Part shown: positions 31,079-42,033 of the stretch, piece by piece
Layout: every line of letters begins with the position of its first letter
How positions within the stretch are numbered: position 1 is the stretch's first letter
DNA from: a phage
Reading direction: 5' to 3' (one strand)
Sequence record: PZ452606.1
DNA: 64,000 bases
Position numbers and translations under genes: made by a program
Notes under the pieces: model-generated
Seen by the model: the letters and a program-made list of their open reading frames with translations, nothing else
Database searches by the model: none
Told to the model about the DNA's origin: nothing

Positions 31079-31365
31079 TAGAACCTCATCTGAAAACCGT
31101 GCGATTTAACATTACCGCCGCCAATATCAGAAATGTTAATTTCACGCGCAATTGAAGGGTCAATGTCAATTTCACGATTGAGTTTAGTGATAGCTAAAGT
31201 ATCGCGCCCATTTACAGTACGAAACTCTAAAGGACAAACCACATCAACATAGTTTTTAATCGATTCGCTAGTAGGTTGCAAATGTGCAGGAAGGTCTTTA
31301 GGCGCCTTTGAGAAAACTACTTCGCAGAAGTTTTTACGGGTATCAAAATAAGTGGTCATAAACAT
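31078..31365 (-). CDS. hypothetical protein (30.6 position)
   Basis: 95-aa ORF. Confidence 0.55.
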   Translation of the reverse strand: MFMTTYFDTRKNFCEVVFSKAPKDLPAHLQPTSESIKNYVDVVCPLEFRTVNGRDTLAITKLNREIDIDPSIAREINISDIGGGNVKSHGFQMRF

Positions 31366-31406
31366 AATAATTTCCTCAGTAAGGGGCTGAAGCCCCTCAT
31401 TTTATT

Positions 31407-31784
31407 TTAAATATCAAATTCGTTAAGAACTACATCAAAGATTGCTTCCAAGTGCTCAGGTTTAGCTTTGTTACTCAGAATATGACGAATCCAAGTTTTA
31501 ACCAAAAGCTTGCGATTAACGCCATTCCAGCAAGGATGAGTCCCTAAATCACGTTGACGGAAATCATCATCCAGAGCGATTTTAAAGTTGGAACCTTCCA
31601 TTGTGATTGAAACCGTGATACCGTTTTCAAATCGCATATAAACGTAATTAGGAGTCATATACTGTTCAATTTCGCATACTGAACCATTTTGATGTTTCCA
31701 GAGGCAAATAGTATCAATAGAACCTGCAATACCATTAGAAACATATTTACGTTCAAAGTTAATGTAGTTCATTTTATTCTCCAA
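31407..31784 (-). CDS. hypothetical protein (30.7 position)
   Basis: 125-aa ORF; GTTTAC-17-TATTAT promoter-like element upstream. Confidence 0.6.
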   Translation of the reverse strand: MENKMNYINFERKYVSNGIAGSIDTICLWKHQNGSVCEIEQYMTPNYVYMRFENGITVSITMEGSNFKIALDDDFRQRDLGTHPCWNGVNRKLLVKTWIRHILSNKAKPEHLEAIFDVVLNEFDI

Positions 31785-31797
31785 GATGTTTAATTGC

Positions 31798-31838
31798 GGT
31801 ACAGGTATATAATATCATATCCTGTACCAAAGTAAACA
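31798..31838 (-). promoter_or_regulatory. early-type promoter candidate with flanking 8-bp inverted repeat
   Basis: Minus strand GTTTAC-17-TATTAT; GGTACAGG/CCTGTACC inverted repeat brackets the -10. Confidence 0.4.
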
Positions 31839-31839
31839 A

Positions 31840-32172
31840 TTATTTTACTACTTTCCAGTGCTTCATGTCAAGTTTACCAACTTTTTTCATCTTCTCAATT
31901 AAGCGTTCGGCACGTTGGCGAGCTGTAACATAATACCATTCACCTAATTCATTTTGTTCAATTTTTCCAACGATTACTGTATTCAATTCATAAATCCAAC
32001 CAGTAAAGAAATTATGAACTTGAATTGTAAAGGTGAAATCTGTTCCCATACCTTCTGTTGTTTCTACTTCAATAATATCACCTTCAACTGCCATTAAGAA
32101 CCACATAGTTTCATCATATTTACCATTGAAGCATTTAGTTTTAACTGCAGCGTTCAGATTAATCGTTTTCAT
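31840..32172 (-). CDS. hypothetical protein (30.8 position)
   Basis: 110-aa ORF. Confidence 0.6.
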   Translation of the reverse strand: MKTINLNAAVKTKCFNGKYDETMWFLMAVEGDIIEVETTEGMGTDFTFTIQVHNFFTGWIYELNTVIVGKIEQNELGEWYYVTARQRAERLIEKMKKVGKLDMKHWKVVK

Positions 32173-32258
32173 TTTATTCTCCTTTGTTTGTGTAAGATAA
32201 TACTATCACAAAGGAGCTATACTGTAAACAACTTTGTGCAATCTTTGGAAAATAAAAA

Positions 32259-32278
32259 AGGACTCCCGAAGGAGTCCT
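32259..32278 (-). terminator. rho-independent terminator after the 58-aa basic protein gene
   Basis: AGGACTCC-CGAA-GGAGTCCT, followed on the - strand by TTTTTTATTTT. Confidence 0.75.
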
Positions 32279-32282
32279 CAAC

Positions 32283-32459
32283 TTATGCTTTCTGCTTACC
32301 AAAACGAGAAGCATCATCTCGAAGAACCGCACGTGCTCGGCGCATGATCTTCTCAACAGTTTGATTGATACGAGAGTTCGACCCACGCTTGTAACCAGCG
32401 CGTTTAGAATCACCAACTTTCTTTTCAACTGCTTTCTTTGCTTTAACTTGTTTTGCCAT
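32283..32459 (-). CDS. small basic protein (58 aa; 30.9 position)
   Basis: Track ORF 32283-32501; ATG at 32459 gives MAKQVKAKKAVEKKVGDSKRAGYKRG..., Lys/Arg-rich; strong terminator (hairpin + T-run) just downstream. Confidence 0.5.
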   Translation of the reverse strand: MAKQVKAKKAVEKKVGDSKRAGYKRGSNSRINQTVEKIMRRARAVLRDDASRFGKQKA

Positions 32460-32747
32460 TATAAATTCTCTTTTAAACGAAAATGCAGGACTTATTGGCA
32501 TTGCCTGCGAAAGCCCTCAAAGGGGTACTTAGGTTTTGAATATTTACCGACAGGATAACCATAAACCCGTCATCATACCACCAAGACTTACACAGATAAC
32601 ACTTTTCTGACGCATGATAGTAACATTCAAGAGGTACACCGTAAAACTGCCGGGGTCTTAAAACTATAATGATTCGCAAATCATTAATCAGACAGTTCGA
32701 CGGCTCCTCGATTTTAGCTCACACTAAGGCAGTGAATCTCCAATAAA

Positions 32748-32996
32748 TTACTTCAGTGTTACCACAAAGTGACGAACTGCTTTTCGTGCAGCAGAAGCCA
32801 GAGGCTTAGCATATTTAAGTTCATCTTTTTCCTGAAGCTCAGCAGCTAATGCAGTTTGAGCAGGATTCAGATGTTTGAAATAACGCAGGATTTCAAGAGC
32901 TTCGGCTTCAACATCAATAGATGCGCCATAGTTTTCGTGACCATTATTCCATGCGTTTCGTTGCAGTTCAAGAGCGTGTTGTAATTGTTTAATCAT
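32748..32996 (-). CDS. rIII: rIII lysis-inhibition accessory protein
   Basis: 82-aa ORF MIKQLQHALELQRNAWNNGHENYG...; size and position (upstream of gene 31) match T4 rIII. Confidence 0.88.
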   Translation of the reverse strand: MIKQLQHALELQRNAWNNGHENYGASIDVEAEALEILRYFKHLNPAQTALAAELQEKDELKYAKPLASAARKAVRHFVVTLK

Positions 32997-33135
32997 TTAA
33001 AAATTCTCGTTAGAGATTAAAACTCGGTAGTCACGTTCTTCTGAATTTCATCTTCTTTCGACAGATCTCTCAGTTGTAGACTACCACATAGAATTGTTCG
33101 GTTAACTTATTATTCCGACACCCAATTCATATTAT

Positions 33136-33143
33136 TATTTATA
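33136..33143 (-). promoter_or_regulatory. T4-type late promoter candidate (minus strand) between gene 31 and rIII
   Basis: Reverse-complement TATAAATA immediately downstream of the gene 31 stop. Confidence 0.45.
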
Positions 33144-33479
33144 TCACTTATAAAGACACGGAATAGCTTTATAATGACAGGTAACGAATTTTTGTTTAAT
33201 TTCTTTTGGCTGCTTAAGACCCAGAGCTACAAAAGGATGCGGAACATTTCGAATTTGACCAACTGGAAGAGAAGTCAAATCACCAACTTCGCAGAAACCT
33301 TCAGGAACATCAGGACCGACAGAGTGAACTACACACAGTTCAGGAACTTCACCTTGAACACGTTTACCGATGATAAGTCCTGATTCTGTAACTTCTTCAT
33401 CACCGGCTTGTGCAGGTTCAGAAACTAAAATAACATATTCACCGACAGCACGAATTGGTAGCTGTTGTACTTCAGACAT
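33144..33479 (-). CDS. 31: co-chaperonin gp31 (GroES-like)
   Basis: 111-aa [25 protein letters not shown]...; matches T4 gp31 length and sequence as recalled. Confidence 0.93.
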
Positions 33480-33535
33480 CGTTTTTCCTTTTTGTTAACA
33501 GATGAATTAATAATAACAAATAATTCTTAAAGCAT

Positions 33536-33844
33536 TTATTTACCAATAAATTGGAGTAAATGCTCAACTTTCATACCATTAACAGAAATCAATTTGTCAA
33601 TAGAAAAACCTCGCCATGCACCAAGCTCAACATCAAATACTGGAATCATGTCAGTAGATTCTTTCCGAGTAGATTCAGTCAATTTACCAGTTTGCATGGT
33701 TGGCATAAAGTCTGCATCACGAGTACCTTTCATAGTACGAATAGTACCATCAGACTTTTCAAAAACTACGTTTGAAACACCCATGGACAATTTAGTTTTC
33801 AAAATTTCACGAATTGCTACTTTCTGCTCAGTTGTCAGTTTCAT
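33536..33844 (-). CDS. hypothetical protein (31.1 position)
   Basis: 102-aa ORF. Confidence 0.55.
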   Translation of the reverse strand: MKLTTEQKVAIREILKTKLSMGVSNVVFEKSDGTIRTMKGTRDADFMPTMQTGKLTESTRKESTDMIPVFDVELGAWRGFSIDKLISVNGMKVEHLLQFIGK

Positions 33845-34081
33845 TTATTTACCTATTACAGTTTTAATATGAGTTGTTCCACGTTCTTTAAGGGTGGAAA
33901 GTAATTTTTGGCATTTTTCTAAATCAGATTTCCAACTATATGGTCTATCAATACTAGTCCAATCAGTTTTATAATACTGTTTCCATTTAGAGAAAAAATA
34001 TTTCTTATACTCTACAGCAAATGAGATGTTCTCGTTAGAATAAGAACTAATTGCTGTGAGCTTTACCAAACGAAATTTCAT
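33845..34081 (-). CDS. hypothetical protein (31.2 position)
   Basis: 78-aa ORF. Confidence 0.5.
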   Translation of the reverse strand: MKFRLVKLTAISSYSNENISFAVEYKKYFFSKWKQYYKTDWTSIDRPYSWKSDLEKCQKLLSTLKERGTTHIKTVIGK

Positions 34082-34662
34082 TATTCACCACAGAATTCGT
34101 TGATATTTTCCCAGTTTAACTTATTCAAGTTTTTCTTAGGAACATTAAACACTTCAATACCTGCATTTCGCAGAATATCATCCCAGCCAGGTTTATTTTT
34201 ATCGTATGTTTCACAATAAACCAGCTTTTTAATACCAGATTGAGCTATCGCTTTTGCACAATCTGGGCAAGGAGAAAGTGTTACATACATAGTAGCACCT
34301 TCAATAGAAGAACCATTTCGTGCAGCAAACAAAATTGCATTTAGTTCAGCATGAATTTCATTTTTAGACGACCATTCAGAGTGAGCGCTACGGTGTTCTT
34401 TCGCCAAAACAAAACGATCAGTTGAACCAAATGATACGCATTCAGGCTTATGGCCTTGAATGATAGTATGTTTAGGCTTATTCAGCAACCAACCTTGCTC
34501 AGCAGCATAATCACAACAGTTCACACCACCTGCGGGTGAACCATTATACCCAGTAGAAATAATACGTCCATTCTTTTCAATTACTGCTCCTACCTTCCAG
34601 GAGCAACATTTTGATTCCTGCGATACTAAATATGCAATTTGAAGTACTGTACTCGCTTTCAT
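34081..34662 (-). CDS. cd: dCMP deaminase
   Basis: 193-aa ORF; zinc-deaminase motifs HAELNA and PCPDCAKAI; length matches T4 Cd. Confidence 0.92.
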   Translation of the reverse strand: MKASTVLQIAYLVSQESKCCSWKVGAVIEKNGRIISTGYNGSPAGGVNCCDYAAEQGWLLNKPKHTIIQGHKPECVSFGSTDRFVLAKEHRSAHSEWSSKNEIHAELNAILFAARNGSSIEGATMYVTLSPCPDCAKAIAQSGIKKLVYCETYDKNKPGWDDILRNAGIEVFNVPKKNLNKLNWENINEFCGE

Positions 34663-34997
34663 TTCATAATCACCAGATAAGCAGATTTAGCAGTTTCAAC
34701 ACGATAAATTTCGTGACGAAGTTTAGTTATACTTTTAATAACAGAACTAATTATATTCTGCCCATCTTTAAAGCGGTTTTTCTTATCAATAAAAACTGCG
34801 CCAACCATCTTTTTGTGAAGCTCAACTGGATACTTCGTCACAATAATAGCATCATACACAGAAGGATGAATACTATTCACCAGAGTATCATTCATTAAAG
34901 TTATTCTAATGAACTGTGTTGTTTCAGAATCAAGCGCTCTATGATCGCCAGTATCATTTTCAAGACAATTATCAATTATATCAGTTAAATTCATCAT
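34659..34997 (-). CDS. hypothetical protein (cd.1 position)
   Basis: 112-aa ORF, 4-nt overlap with cd. Confidence 0.55.
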   Translation of the reverse strand: MMNLTDIIDNCLENDTGDHRALDSETTQFIRITLMNDTLVNSIHPSVYDAIIVTKYPVELHKKMVGAVFIDKKNRFKDGQNIISSVIKSITKLRHEIYRVETAKSAYLVIMK

Positions 34998-35233
34998 AGT
35001 ACGCCATACACCCTTTGTGCTTCAACTAATCCATCAAAATCCAGTTTAAGATGCGATATTTGATCGCCATCACCTGGATTCACAATTACTAATACTGAAC
35101 GAGGAGTTTCGGTAATAACACGAACCGATGTTTCAGGAAATCGTTCAGAAACCTTATTTACCAATTCCTGCGCAAATAGCTTAACTTTTTCTTGGAATTC
35201 TTTAACAGTAATCGGTTTTTCACTTAGCAGCAT
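34994..35233 (-). CDS. hypothetical protein (cd.2 position)
   Basis: 79-aa ORF. Confidence 0.55.
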   Translation of the reverse strand: MLLSEKPITVKEFQEKVKLFAQELVNKVSERFPETSVRVITETPRSVLVIVNPGDGDQISHLKLDFDGLVEAQRVYGVL

Positions 35234-35294
35234 TTTGTTTTCCTCATTTGTTTGGTAGAGCTATAATATCACAACTCTACCGTAAAGTAAACTA

Positions 35295-35570
35295 TTAAAT
35301 TGCTTTGAATTCTGCTGTCTGCGATTCAAAACGAATATCGCCTTTGATAACTAGCTCAGCATCAAGACCGAATACAACAATGATATGCGCGGAACCTGGA
35401 TACAGCGTAATGGCAACAGAATCCACCTGGTCTGGAAGCAAAGTATTCAATACATGAGTCACTTGAGCATGAATTCGAAGCTCAGCTGCGTTATCAAGTT
35501 TTTCAAACATATTATTAGCGATAATTTGGCTAAACACTACTTCTACGATTTTAGAGTAAGTCGGAAACAT
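35295..35570 (-). CDS. hypothetical protein (cd.3 position)
   Basis: 91-aa ORF. Confidence 0.55.
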   Translation of the reverse strand: MFPTYSKIVEVVFSQIIANNMFEKLDNAAELRIHAQVTHVLNTLLPDQVDSVAITLYPGSAHIIVVFGLDAELVIKGDIRFESQTAEFKAI

Positions 35571-35572
35571 AT

Positions 35573-35773
35573 TTACCTCGCATAATTTTCTTCAAGCCAA
35601 TCAATAACATCCAACGCATTATCAAAAGTTGAACCATCTACTCTGTCTTCTGTTTCATAATCAAGAACATCTAAGCCTACTCTTCCGTCAACAATAGGCC
35701 ATAGACAGAATAGGTATTTCTTTTCTTTTTCAATTTTATCACAAAGACGATAAATCTTTTCTATGTTATTCAT
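35573..35773 (-). CDS. hypothetical protein (cd.4 position)
   Basis: 66-aa ORF. Confidence 0.5.
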   Translation of the reverse strand: MNNIEKIYRLCDKIEKEKKYLFCLWPIVDGRVGLDVLDYETEDRVDGSTFDNALDVIDWLEENYAR

Positions 35774-35962
35774 AAGTTTTCCATGGTAAAGGCAGTTTAG
35801 TTTTCTTTACTGTTAGTTCAACATCAGGATTCTTTTCTCTTAATTTAAGGCATTCCTCCCAAGCTCTGATTTCACTAGCGAATACACAAAATTGCCCATT
35901 ACTAGTACCGACTAAACCGCTATTTACAATAATAATAGCCCAAGTTTCATGATGCCACGCCA

Positions 35963-35963
<1 letters not shown>
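35766..35963 (-). CDS. hypothetical protein (cd.5 position)
   Basis: 65-aa ORF. Confidence 0.5.
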
Positions 35964-37166
<1,203 letters not shown>

Positions 37167-37170
<4 letters not shown>

Positions 37171-37397
37171 TTATTTTTCTCAACCAATGATTGAATATAA
37201 TCATGCAGGTCTTTAGATGCTTTACCCCACTTATTTTGATATTCATTTTTAAGATTAGCCCGAGATTGAGCTAATAAAACATCATTAGTTGGAGGTAAAG
37301 ATTCTAATCGTTGAATCTGACGTCCATAAATCATTGCAGCCATCTCAGATTCATAAATCAATCCTTTGAGATGTTCAAATTGATGCCATGAAATCAT
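37167..37397 (-). CDS. hypothetical protein
   Basis: 76-aa ORF. Confidence 0.5.
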
Positions 37398-37693
37398 TTA
37401 CATTTATCCTCTTTTAGCTCTTGACGATAATAGCATATCATAGTTTTTTGGTCATGTACATATCGTTTTACATCATTAAGCCAAATACGAAATTCCTGGG
37501 AATCTTCAAATGGCATACCGACCCAAGCTTTACCATCAATAACTTTAACTTGCCAAGATAGTTTAGCTTCATCATATGACTTTATTTGTACAGGCCAATT
37601 AGGATGAACTGTTTCTTTCTTTACTTCTAGAGGCTTTGTAGAACAACCAACTAGAAGACCAATAGATAATATTACTGCTGATAGTTTAATCAT
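37394..37693 (-). CDS. o-spanin (outer-membrane lipoprotein, Rz1-like; T4 pseT.2 equivalent)
   Basis: 99-aa ORF with lipoprotein signal MIKLSAVILSIGLLVGC (lipobox LVGC); 4-nt overlap with the upstream i-spanin candidate. Confidence 0.7.
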   Translation of the reverse strand: MIKLSAVILSIGLLVGCSTKPLEVKKETVHPNWPVQIKSYDEAKLSWQVKVIDGKAWVGMPFEDSQEFRIWLNDVKRYVHDQKTMICYYRQELKEDKCK

Positions 37694-38043
37694 TTAGAAA
37701 GGTCCTGGATGTCTTCTGCGAACTTGTTGAAGGAGTTGTTGATTTGTTTTTCAACCAATCCTGGCTTATGAGCCACCACATCCGCCTTCTTTGCGTCTTT
37801 GCGCAGTTTTTCATTTTCACGCTCAATAGCAGCAATTGCCTCACGATTTTTATTATTCATCGCATCAATATAATTATACTGAATTCGCAAATTATTTAAT
37901 GCTAAGGCGTTTTCATTGGCCGTTTTTGTAATTTCTACAACAGACGTTTCTAATCTTTCAATTTTATTTTTTAAAATTAAAGAAGTTCCGCCTAATGCAA
38001 TTACAATTAATAGCAAACCTGCTGTCGTATTACTTAATTGCAT
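37690..38043 (-). CDS. i-spanin (inner-membrane, Rz-like; T4 pseT.3 equivalent)
   Basis: 117-aa ORF; N-terminal TM helix (AGLLLIVIALGGTSLIL) then coiled-coil-like Lys/Glu-rich periplasmic domain. Confidence 0.7.
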   Translation of the reverse strand: MQLSNTTAGLLLIVIALGGTSLILKNKIERLETSVVEITKTANENALALNNLRIQYNYIDAMNNKNREAIAAIERENEKLRKDAKKADVVAHKPGLVEKQINNSFNKFAEDIQDLSK

Positions 38044-38540
38044 AAAGTTTTAATAACCTCTATAATATCGTCTTGAGAAAGACCGTTAATTAAAATATGA
38101 TGTTCAGCTGGAGATTTAGAAATTTTAAAGCATGCCTCAACATCTTCTGCCATATCCGATGCACTACGATTTGGATTACTAATACCAAGGCGGTGTTTTC
38201 CCGTCAAAGGATTAACGATGATATAGCATTTGCAGCTATTGATATGAACATTGGGTTGAGTCTGATTAATGAACACTTCACAATCATACTTAGCGAGTTG
38301 ATTTTCTAAAAAGACTTTCATCTCTTCAACCGCATCAGGAAGCATATCACGGGCTTGCTCAAGACGACGATTTCGATATTCTTTAATGGTCGTTTTCCGC
38401 TTGACTTGCTTAGCTAAATCTTTCTTAAGATCGGTGATATATCCAACTCGACGATTTCCTTTGAATACAGAAATCCCATCTGTAGTATCACCGTATGCTT
38501 CAACGACCATTTCAGTAGTAATAAGTTGTAAATCCATCAT
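38034..38540 (-). CDS. alc: Alc, inhibitor of host transcription
   Basis: 168-aa ORF (T4 Alc ~167 aa); position between spanins and rnlA; preceded by the 53-bp repeated promoter element. Confidence 0.82.
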   Translation of the reverse strand: MMDLQLITTEMVVEAYGDTTDGISVFKGNRRVGYITDLKKDLAKQVKRKTTIKEYRNRRLEQARDMLPDAVEEMKVFLENQLAKYDCEVFINQTQPNVHINSCKCYIIVNPLTGKHRLGISNPNRSASDMAEDVEACFKISKSPAEHHILINGLSQDDIIEVIKTLCN

Positions 38541-38545
38541 AAAGT

Positions 38546-38598
38546 CCTCATGTTATGTCAGTAAGACTACTGTAACACAACACGAGGGACTTGTAAAC
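38546..38598 (-). repeat. 53-bp intergenic repeat, copy B
   Basis: See copy A; single T/C difference. Confidence 0.9.
38563..38598 (-). promoter_or_regulatory. T4 early-type promoter candidate within 53-bp repeat, copy B (upstream of alc)
   Basis: Same element as 23238-23273 with one mismatch. Confidence 0.45.
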
Positions 38599-38601
38599 AG
38601 C

Positions 38602-40189
<1,588 letters not shown>

Positions 40190-40196
40190 AATAAAA

Positions 40197-40212
40197 TGGG
40201 CCTTGCGGCCCA
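40197..40212 (-). terminator. stem-loop between nrdB and denA
   Basis: TGGGCC-TTGC-GGCCCA immediately upstream of the denA ATG. Confidence 0.45.
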
Positions 40213-40216
40213 CTCC

Positions 40217-41395
40217 TTAAAAATATTTTTTAAAACTCATCATAACTTTATCATCAACATCATTATCAATCTGTGCTACAAGGTAAGATGACAGTTCTAC
40301 TTCTTGCGGTGCAGATTGAACATTATCAGAATTAAGATATTCACGAATCCAAGGATATGGATGTTTAACCGGAGCATCGGTAATTGGGCATGGAAGACCG
40401 CACTGTTTCATACGAGATACAGTTAAGTAATCAATAAAGCTCCACATGCTATTTGTATTTAATCCAGGAACATCGCCATCTTTAAATAAATGAACTGCCC
40501 AATCTTTTTCTTGGCGGTTAACTTCCATGAAAATATCAACTGCTTCTTGTTCACACTCTTGAGCAATTTTAACCCATTGATCGCCATCAGTACCAGATTG
40601 AAGTTGACGAATAATATATTGTGTACCTTTAAGATGAAGCTGCTCATCACGTGCAATGAACTTCATAATCTTGGCATTACCTTCCATGATTTCCATGTTC
40701 TTATGGAAGTTAAAGGTACATGCGAAAGATACATAAAAACGAATAGCTTCCAATGCGTTGATTACATGCAAACAGAGGTAAAGAGATTTCATTAGCTCAC
40801 GCTTCCAATATGTCTCATGCTCAATAGCATCTTCAATAACGTCTTCGTCTGCATTAATTTCTTTTTGGTATTCGATATCAGCTTTAGCGTTTTCCCAATA
40901 ACGAGTTTTAATCAGAACATCATCATAATAACGTCCAATGGATTCAGCACGTTTCATAATAGCTTCATCTAATACAATTTCATCAAATACCTTCGATGGA
41001 TCAGTATAAAGATTTCGCATGATATGAGTATATGAACGACTGTGAATAGTTTCACTAAAAGTCCATGTAGCAACCCATGTATCAAGGCTTGGGTCTGAAA
41101 TTAATGACATAAGTACAGCAGATGGCGCGCGACCCTGAATGCTATCTAAAAGTGATTGATACTTCAAGTTGTTAGTAAAAATATTTTGCTGATACTGAGG
41201 AAGCTTATTAAACTGTGCAGCATCCATCATCAAGTTTACTTCTTCAGGACGCCAGAAAAATGATAAAGATTTCTCAATAAGTTCTTCAAATACTCTATGC
41301 CGTTGAATATCATATCGAGCTAAACCCAATCCAGAACCAAAAAACATCGGCTCAGTCAAAATATTAACAGGGGATGTATTAAAAACTGTACTCAT
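40217..41395 (-). CDS. nrdB: ribonucleotide reductase small subunit (uninterrupted)
   Basis: 392-aa continuous ORF with di-iron ligand-like E/H-rich helices; no intron interruption. Confidence 0.92.
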   Translation of the reverse strand: MSTVFNTSPVNILTEPMFFGSGLGLARYDIQRHRVFEELIEKSLSFFWRPEEVNLMMDAAQFNKLPQYQQNIFTNNLKYQSLLDSIQGRAPSAVLMSLISDPSLDTWVATWTFSETIHSRSYTHIMRNLYTDPSKVFDEIVLDEAIMKRAESIGRYYDDVLIKTRYWENAKADIEYQKEINADEDVIEDAIEHETYWKRELMKSLYLCLHVINALEAIRFYVSFACTFNFHKNMEIMEGNAKIMKFIARDEQLHLKGTQYIIRQLQSGTDGDQWVKIAQECEQEAVDIFMEVNRQEKDWAVHLFKDGDVPGLNTNSMWSFIDYLTVSRMKQCGLPCPITDAPVKHPYPWIREYLNSDNVQSAPQEVELSSYLVAQIDNDVDDKVMMSFKKYF

Positions 41396-42033
41396 TTAGA
41401 ATCCTTAAATTTACATTTATCATAATGCCATCTTAGAGCATTGCCTTTATTAACCTTCTTGCCACAATGCGGACAAGGCGGATACTCTATACTTTGCTTA
41501 GTTCTCAAAGAAATCAAATCACGAGTTTCTTTAGTATGAGGAACATCTCTTGTCGGAGAGATTGTACCATACATCGGATTAAGCACGCCGACTTTAGCAG
41601 CAGCTATATTCTTTTTAGCTTCTTCGGTTTTAGGTTTTCTCATGCGAGCTAAATGCTCTTTGGTAAATTTCCTTCCTTTAAGAGCTCTACTTATCTTTTC
41701 CCTGGTTTCTATAGAAACTTCACGTCCTATAGCAGCTTCAGATAAACGTCGTCTACCTAATTCGTATAGTTGAGAAGAAATTTTATATGAGCGATTTTTA
41801 CCAGTCAAGCACATTAAACCAAAAGCTTTCTTTAATCCTGGGGTGTCATATATTTTGCATAAAAGCCAATGAGCTATAAAATGCTCTCTACCTGTTAATT
41901 CAACTAAATTTTCTTTATCATCAGAACCTCCCATACATCTAGGGATTATATGATGAGTCTCTTTATATTCAGATAAAGGTTCCCGAGCCTGAGCTCGGGA
42001 AATTAGGTCATTATAGATTTTTTGATAATTCAT
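41392..42033 (-). CDS. mobE: free-standing HNH homing endonuclease (mobE-like)
   Basis: 213-aa ORF between nrdA and nrdB; HNH core HHIIPRCMGGSDDKENLVELTGREHFIAHW; C-terminal CPHCGKK...H..C zinc-finger-like; ATGA overlaps at both ends. Confidence 0.8.
   Translation of the reverse strand: MNYQKIYNDLISRAQAREPLSEYKETHHIIPRCMGGSDDKENLVELTGREHFIAHWLLCKIYDTPGLKKAFGLMCLTGKNRSYKISSQLYELGRRRLSEAAIGREVSIETREKISRALKGRKFTKEHLARMRKPKTEEAKKNIAAAKVGVLNPMYGTISPTRDVPHTKETRDLISLRTKQSIEYPPCPHCGKKVNKGNALRWHYDKCKFKDSK

Noticed and set aside
31382-31397. Hairpin AGGGGC-TGAA-GCCCCT as a terminator for the 30.6/30.7 genes
   Set aside because: On the coding (minus) strand it is not followed by a U-run; the T-run is on the plus strand, so at most an antisense terminator or RNA stability element
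32473-32679. 68-aa minus-strand ORF in the long leader region
   Set aside because: Overlaps the start of the 58-aa basic protein gene, odd composition (Trp/Cys/Tyr-rich), no RBS; region treated as non-coding structured leader instead
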